A stretch of DNA of 44,147 bases from Hydrurus foetidus (taxonomy: Eukaryota), in NCBI GenBank assembly GCA_900617105.1, contig UYFQ01000127.1:1-44147 (forward strand), read 5' to 3'. The notes under the pieces are model-generated. The model had not been told where the DNA came from. It ran no database searches and was given only the letters and a program-made list of their open reading frames with translations. Both the position numbers and the translations under genes were made by a program. This document shows, piece by piece, positions 37,864-44,147 of the stretch. Position 1 is the stretch's first letter. Every line of letters starts with the position of its first letter.

Positions 37864-37948
37864 TGCGCCCCGTGGGGTTTGAACCCACGCGTTTTGGTGA
37901 AACAGTGGGTCTTAAGTCCACCCCCTTAGACCACTCGGGCAGAAGCGC
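37864..37948 (-). tRNA. tRNA-Leu(TAA)
   Basis: GCGCTTCTGCCCGAGTGGTCTAAGGGGGTGGACTTAAGACCCAC...GTGGGTTCAAACCCCACGGGGCGCA. Full cloverleaf with long variable arm, followed by oligo-T. One A-C mismatch at 31-39. Confidence 0.93.
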
Positions 37949-38924
37949 TTGGTGATGACGTCAGAGAAATAATAAACCAATACATACTCAACCAAAATTT
38001 GCGTTTACTGACGCACTACAAGCACTTCAAGTACGTCATCAAATGTTGACAATATCTCATATTTTCATACGGTATCACTTTGGAGTATACGGATGTACGG
38101 TACAATGTGTATGTTTGTACCTCATGCCGGTGACAACTTTTCAGGTCACCTCCGCGGAAATGATTTCGCGAAATACAAGGTGTAATCAATTTTTGAGGTC
38201 CAAATTTTTCGTAGGTGAAAATTCTCTGCCATGCACAACAGTAAGTAATTCATGCGATGTATGAAAACAACGCCACCGCTTGGAATTCGCGACAGGCAAC
38301 CACAAGGTAATTAAGTGAGGCGATTGTAGACTGTGCTGGAAAATCAGCCGTCTATCATACCTTTTGGTGCCTTTGACTGCTTGCTATTCTGTTGACTAGA
38401 TCGCAGAAATAGAATTTGATCGGAGACTTTGGGTCAGATTTCGAAGTTGATACTAGATCTTGGGTCCAATATAATTTTAGCATTTAATTTAATTCTGGAT
38501 CTTACGCGGTGTTTCCGATCACAGTGTCCGTACCGTAGCCCATATTGCTGCCTAATCTCATTGCGTTTCAAGCTTTTGATGATCCTGCGCCGATAAAATT
38601 GCCAATTTGGATGGTTGTTCTTGAGGTCCCAACCGCAATAAGCCTCATTCTTGCAAAACAACTTCATGATCAGCATGCATTTGTTTGAGGGCTACTGATC
38701 GATCGAAAAGTTATGGACGATCACCAGCCCGTATAGGACAACGGGTGGCTAACTGAAGACTAATACTGCCAATTATATGGTCACACGGCTGGCAGCATGG
38801 CATTACCTATACAGCAATTCAAGCATCCGGCCAGAAAAAGTGGGCATTATTCTCCATTTTTGCTGGCTTATCAAAAATCAACTGATGTAAGTGGTCATGA
38901 GAATCGAACAGATTGACTCAAATG

Positions 38925-39206
38925 TAGAGCTTGTGGCCGACGACCAAATCAGGCGTCGGCCTGGCAGGCCTAAAATTTCTGCCAATGGCCAGTTGGCCGG
39001 CCGGCCAATGATTTAAACCGTGTGAGGGTGTCAAATACCCAAAACCGTGAAGTAAGCCCCCAAAAGTACGAAAATTTTGTGAGCTACCCCTAAAATTCTG
39101 GAAAGTCACCCTATATTTCGGTAAATTTACCCCTAATATGGTAGATGCAGATTGGCCGGTCATCAAAAAGATGACCGACCGGCCAAGCCACCGGTCACAA
39201 GCTCTA
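38925..39206. mobile_element. hAT-type MITE, 282 bp
   Basis: TIR TAGAGCTTGTG(G/A)CCG. Perfect 8-bp TSD CTCAAATG at 38917-38924 and 39207-39214. Confidence 0.92.
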
Positions 39207-39373
39207 CTCAAATGTACCCCCACTTTTTTAAGATGAACCTCACCAAGGGCAGATATTCTTTCGAAAGTCGAGCGATGCTGATCCAATTTTTTTTGCAACA
39301 GTGAAAAATGAGAGCATTTTCGTACTGAAATCTCAGACCGAATTCACCATTAGTAATGGTGATATAACCACCG

Positions 39374-39556
39374 ACGCGTTTTGGTGAAACAGTGGGTCTT
39401 AAGTCCACCCCCTTAGACCACTCGGGCAGAAGCGCTTGGTGATGACGTCAGAGAAATAATAAACCAATACATACTCAACCAAAATTTGCGTTTACTGACG
39501 CACTACAAGCACTTCAAGTACGTCATCAAATGTTGACAATATCTCATATTTTCATA
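39374..39556 (-). pseudogene. 183-bp duplicate of 37887-38069: 5' 62 nt of tRNA-Leu(TAA) plus upstream flank
   Basis: Identical by eye to 37887-38069. It lacks the T-arm and the 3' acceptor strand. Confidence 0.92.
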
Positions 39557-39866
39557 TGGTATTGCATCATAGAGGTGAAAAGCAGAAAAAGTGCTTCCAT
39601 TCTAAAATAACATTTTCTGTACACGAGTGGAAAATTACGCTCTTTTCCGGGTCAGATCCTGAGATTCATCGAATCGATCTCATTAATTTGACGAAAAACG
39701 AGAATCCAGAAAGATTCCTCAAAATCCAGGGCCACAGAGTCACAGTAAATTTTTCGGACAAGCAAAGACTTTGGCTTGTGGGTTTGTTCATCCGTAAAGA
39801 GATTCATCCGCAGAAGTTTCATTTTTGATTATTATACAAATCGTATTTTCTTCATGATTTTTCACG

Positions 39867-39949
39867 GCTCCCATAGTGTAGTGGTTAGCACCCCAGACTT
39901 TGAATCTGGTGTCGTGGGTTCGAAACTCTCGAAAATCCCTCTGGGAGCA
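39867..39949 (+). tRNA. tRNA-Gln(TTG) with 11-nt insert in T-loop (candidate 59/60 intron)
   Basis: Acceptor GCTCCCA/TGGGAGC, anticodon arm CCAGA-CTTTGAA-TCTGG, T-stem GTGGG/CCCTC enclosing 18 nt instead of 7. TTTTT lies downstream. Confidence 0.85.
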
Positions 39950-40401
39950 CGGATTTTTCGATAGAATCGTAAATTCTTTCCCGGGGCCACCCACTCTCTC
40001 TTGCCATTGGCAAGAAAGAGGGTGGAGGAATAATTCCTTCTGAGTACAGATGGCTTGACCAAATTATTCCGTGACGAAATACTGCACCTTCCGCTAAAAA
40101 TTTAAATATCTCCGCTCCCACAGCGCGCCGAATGATTTGAAATTCAAAATCCCCGGTCAAATCCGTTACTTTTTGGAGACAACATTTGATTTGATGATAA
40201 TAGGATTGGATTCTGTTGTGTTTCAAGAAATGACATTCAATGACCTAACTACATCCTCGGCAATAGTCTTTTGAGACCGAAAATGATGTTGGCCAGTGAC
40301 GCAGGAAATCGTCGTCCTTCCCTGTAGTTGGAGCGGGGAAAGTTTAAATCTGACTGTGAGGAAACTGTGTTAAAGTGATCTTGATTTTGAGGGAGAAGAT
40401 T

Positions 40402-40900
40402 ATGGACGTCTCTACACATCAGTTGGCAGAACTAGCATCTAAGGCGTTGAGAGATGTAGCTACATTGGATGATGTACTATCGACATGGCAAGGTGTCGGT
40501 AAGGTGATAAAGCAACAGTTGGTGCAAATGAAAGGAGTCAGAATAACAGCTCTTGGTACCTTCACACTTACATCTAGTAAGGCGATCGCATTTATCGGAA
40601 AGTTAAAAATCTCAACTTCCCAACGCAATTTCGAATAATTTGTCAAATAAAACAGGGGAACCGACCTTCCAGATGAGCAATGATTTTGGCAAACAAAATT
40701 CTTTGAAACAAAAAAGTACTGGTGCAGCGGACAACCTCCCGGTTTCAGCTCTCAATTACGAACAGCTCGGGAACACTGCTGGATTGGCTCGGGATGTGGT
40801 AGACAAAATCGTCACGAAGATTCTGTATGTCCTAGGAAGAGCTGTGAAAGAAGGAAGAGTTTCTCTGCTGATACACAGAATAGCAGCCATAAATATTGAT
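40402..40900 (+). pseudogene. CCDC81-like (tandem HU-like domains) gene, 3'-truncated at a rearrangement junction
   Basis: Exon 1 encodes W..V...IKQQL..MKGVRITALGTF. The phase-1 intron 40577-40655 restores the frame into EPTFQMSNDF...LNYEQL...RDVVDKIV. The similarity ends at a hairpin and a stop follows at 40954. Confidence 0.65.
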
Positions 40901-41213
40901 GCTCTACCACTGCTCTACCACTGTCCTTTCTGCTCTACCACTGCACCATTCTAGCGCTAGAATGGTGGAATGGTAGAGCAGAAAGGACTCATCGTTATCA
41001 TCTCCTTCGTTGCTGTTACTACTGCTACGAATGCGATTAATATGATGATCATTATTTACATCTCCATCACCACTATCATTACCATCACCGTCATTGTCAT
41101 GACTGCCACACAACTTAACGTGTCTGGAATCTGACCCACGACCTTCTCTAGACTGGCTGCTGCTTACAGAGGAAGAATCGGCAGGAGAAAAGCTGACACA
41201 GAAAGAAGAAAGG

Positions 41214-41553
41214 TGTGATGGTACAGGATTTAGTACCACATTCCTACCCTCCGTAGTACCGTATAGCCGTCCGTACCTGTGGCTGAGAGTCCTTCCGACC
41301 TCTCGCAGACTGTTAGTTACCTTGCAACGCTTTGGATGCAGAGTTTTACACCTCTGCAAGCCCATCCCCTCTCTTTCCCGTTGTAAGCTAAACTACCTTT
41401 CTGACACCTCTTGCTTCATTTGGACTACAGTAGATCTACTCGTTCCGCTTTCCCTTCTAAATTCTACTACTTGGCCCCCTACTACCCATCCACCTATTTA
41501 GCTAGACTTCTGTCCACGCGGTCCACCGAGTTTTCAGAAGTCCTTCCAAAGCA
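41214..41553 (+). mobile_element. Candidate 5' LTR of a third retroelement
   Basis: TGTGATGG...CCAAAGCA followed by TT-TGGTTGGAG (PBS-like position), a repetitive leader and a gag-like ORF. No second LTR is present to confirm the boundaries. Confidence 0.4.
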
Positions 41554-42160
41554 TTTGGTTGGAGAACTCAGGATTCAAGCAAACGTTGTCATTTCGACAC
41601 GTTTCTCAAGACTTGGCGCAATCGGTGAAACATAGGTATCCCCTATCTGAATTTCAACAAGCCGATCAAGACTCTCAAGCTCCTGAATCTCAAGAGCTTT
41701 CAAGATCTTCAAAGGAGGCCTTTCAAGATCTTCACGGATTCCCGATTGCTATATCGGTTACCAGCTCTAAGCCGTTTCGACGCCAGCTGAAGAACAGAAG
41801 TCAATTCCTGTTTGACGCAACATAGGTATCCCCTATCTGAATTGCAAGAGACTTCGCGGGCGATCATCAGCAGGACTTCAAGCCTGTTCAAGACTCAAAG
41901 CAGCAACGCCTGCTCCTTTGGATTGGCCAACAGGAACCTGTTGGTGAGCCGAAGACCGGATCTCAAGTGCCTATAGACGAAGACTTTGTATTTTATTTTT
42001 CATCTGCTTTATTTGCCTAACCAAATCGATCAGACACCTGTCCAACCGATACGGCACGAGGCGAACCTCTTGCAAATTTTTTTTCAAGAGGAGAGATCTT
42101 AAAGGAATTCAACAAAAGCGCTCCGGTCAGAAGCAGCCTGCTTAGCAGCTCTTCAGAAGG

Positions 42161-42778
42161 ATGACACCAGAGCAACCACTTCCAACGCCCTCCCCTCCTC
42201 CAGAACCGGAATTATCAGAGGAGGAGATCAGGAGGTTTGCGGAAACAGGGAATACGGGACCTCCAAGCCCGGTTAATGAGCTAAACCTCTCATTGACAAC
42301 ACGGGGAGAAGAGACCCAGAACTCCCTGGCGTCATCGATAACCAAAGCTCTTTCTTTCAACAAGAAACTCTTTGTGTTACAGAACACTCTCATCAGCTCG
42401 GATCAAGCTGAGAGGTTCCTTGCGCAGGCCGTCACCATGGGCGACTCCATCGACATCCAGCAGACTATGACTGAGGCGGCCATGGACACACTGGACATGA
42501 AGATCCGGTGCGATCCGTCCCTAAAGGTCCTCGGCAAGTCGGAGGTTTCCCTATGGAGGACAAGGCTGTCGCACCTTCAAATCGCCCGTCTTGTCAGCCA
42601 GTACTTTGGCAAGCGACACGATGAGAAGAAGACCCTGGCCGAGGTGTTCTCCAAAGTCAAGTTCCAGTACTGCATTGACAACGAGGATCATGAGATACTG
42701 ATGATGGCGGATTACAAGGAGGTCATCAAGGGGTACACCCGTACGGTGGGGGAGATCACAGAGGTGTGGTCTCACTGA
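42161..42778 (+). pseudogene. Gag-like ORF truncated by LTR insertion
   Basis: Intronless, GC-richer ORF with a Pro-rich N-terminus, downstream of the LTR/PBS-like signals. Its TGA stop lies in the inserted LTR. The gag identity is positional inference. Confidence 0.5.
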
Positions 42779-42959
42779 GGCCTTGGCTGGAACAATGCGA
42801 AGAATGAAGCGATGGTGGAACGATGCTAAAGGAAGCTTAAAGATAAGCACAGCAGATATCACGCAACAAATCGTATGGATCGGAACGTCCTCGATCCGAA
42901 CCGTCTGCTCGTTTAATACCGAACCCGGTATACCCGGTATACTCGGTGTACGGGTCACA
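42776..42959 (-). mobile_element. 3' LTR of right Gypsy element (distal boundary 42776 or 42765)
   Basis: The minus strand reads GAGGAGGGGG-CAC-TGTGACCCGTACACC...CAAGGCCTCA and aligns to the left LTR. Confidence 0.8.
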
Positions 42960-43170
42960 GTGCCCCCTCCTCGAAGAAGAAGCTAGATTTGTTACTCTAT
43001 GATAAATACTAAACTACGTGTAAGTCTATGTTAAGTAACAACAATTATGTCAGACTCAATAATAATAATAAAAAATTATTGCCTACTGACTAAACCTCCT
43101 AAAACGTCTCGGATGAGACGCAAAAAAATGGGGGAATCATCAATGATATTGTTGTTCTCCTTTGTGTCTT

Positions 43171-44147
43171 TTAGACGTAGTCTAACCTGAATTCTCTTGG
43201 AATTAGGTGACGTAGATTCTTACTTATAAGAAAATTGTGTAGTTTGTCTGTTTTTCTTAGACTTCGCCACGGTTCCCAGGTATTACTTTCTGAGGGATAA
43301 TTGAGCCATTTGACCTCAAATTCTAAAGCTCCATAAGATGAAATATTTCCCCTCATATCTATGATCTCTTCGATGAAGAATTCTAAATAATCTCGACGTG
43401 CTACATCTGTTGGATCAGTGTGCATTGGATTAAATAAGAAAGTTTTTAATTGTGACATGTGGTATTTAACATTTTTAAGAGTAATAAGATTGAGTAGCGT
43501 ATATTCTCCTTTCTTATTGCTTAGAACTCGAAGAGGACCGCGCCACAATGTGTGCATGCGTGTCTCTGGCTGTGTGCGTTGAGTAACGAGTACATATGAG
43601 CCTACCTCGAAATGTGTTATTTCTGGGTTTTGTTTCTCATTGTGTTCATCATCAGATTCCTTAAGGAGTCTTGCCGCAATTCGAATAAGATCACTTTGTA
43701 TCTTTATCATATTTGCAGATGAAATTGTTATATTTTCTGGTATGAGGTTAACTTCTCCTCTTGGGATTAAAATTCCTTCATCCATATTAATGGCGTTTCC
43801 ATAAAGGATCTGTGCCGGTGAAATTTTTGTTCTATCATTAATTGTTGTATTTAATATACGTTGAACAAATGGTAGAACTTCTTGGTAATTTTCTGTTGAT
43901 GCTCTGTCATACGTATATGCTCTAATATGCCTGTTAACTTCCTTATTCATTCTTTCTACAATTGAATTGTGTTCCGACGAATAGGCGAGAATTTTCTCGT
44001 GGACTGTGCCTGCGAGTTTTGTAAATTCTTCAATAACATGGTTGGCAAAGTGAGGACCGTTATCAGATCTAAGGAATCTTGGAGATCCGTATCGTCCGAC
44101 GTGTTCCACTAATGCTGTGCATGCCGCCTTGGCGGTTGCATCTTTGT
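43171..44147 (-). CDS. Ty3/Gypsy integrase + chromodomain (5'-truncated by window edge)
   Basis: Collinear with 1-1153 (EHVGRYGSP..LRSDNGPHF, PETRMHTLWRGP, VKWLNY...TWEPW). The frame is open to the window end. Confidence 0.95.
   Translation of the reverse strand, partial: KDATAKAACTALVEHVGRYGSPRFLRSDNGPHFANHVIEEFTKLAGTVHEKILAYSSEHNSIVERMNKEVNRHIRAYTYDRASTENYQEVLPFVQRILNTTINDRTKISPAQILYGNAINMDEGILIPRGEVNLIPENITISSANMIKIQSDLIRIAARLLKESDDEHNEKQNPEITHFEVGSYVLVTQRTQPETRMHTLWRGPLRVLSNKKGEYTLLNLITLKNVKYHMSQLKTFLFNPMHTDPTDVARRDYLEFFIEEIIDMRGNISSYGALEFEVKWLNYPSESNTWEPWRSLRKTDKLHNFLISKNLRHLIPREFRLDYV

Noticed and set aside
1..44147. The two inverted integrase/LTR ends as termini of one giant composite element
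   Set aside because: The copies are clearly diverged in protein and LTR sequence and enclose ordinary host genes. Independent insertions are the simpler explanation.

Overview
Eukaryotic, intron-rich nuclear DNA. It is probably from a flagellated, plastid-bearing stramenopile (inferred from a fibrillin with a bipartite-type N-terminus, CFAP97- and CCDC81-like ciliary genes, and GT-AG introns full of microsatellites). Both ends hold the 3' halves of two related Ty3/Gypsy chromodomain LTR retrotransposons in convergent orientation. The right one is inserted into the gag-like ORF of a probable third LTR element. Positions 2.2-8.4 kb are a resolvable transposon nest. A Harbinger/Tourist-type MITE (TAA TSD) is interrupted at its two GAACTCGAGTTC palindromes, once by a ~4.95 kb split-direct-repeat (TOC1/PAT/Ngaro-like) element with a decayed tyrosine-recombinase trace and once by a 752-bp fold-back element. 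Host genes were spliced by hand: a prolyl-4-hydroxylase-like oxygenase fused to three copies of an unfamiliar zinc-finger module, a PAP-fibrillin, a GOLD + F-box-like protein, a CFAP97-like protein and a truncated CCDC81-like gene. There is also a tRNA-Leu(TAA) with a 183-bp partial duplicate, and a tRNA-Gln(TTG) whose 11-nt T-loop insert forms a bulge-helix-loop consistent with a non-canonical 59/60 intron. All calls are by eye, with no database searches.
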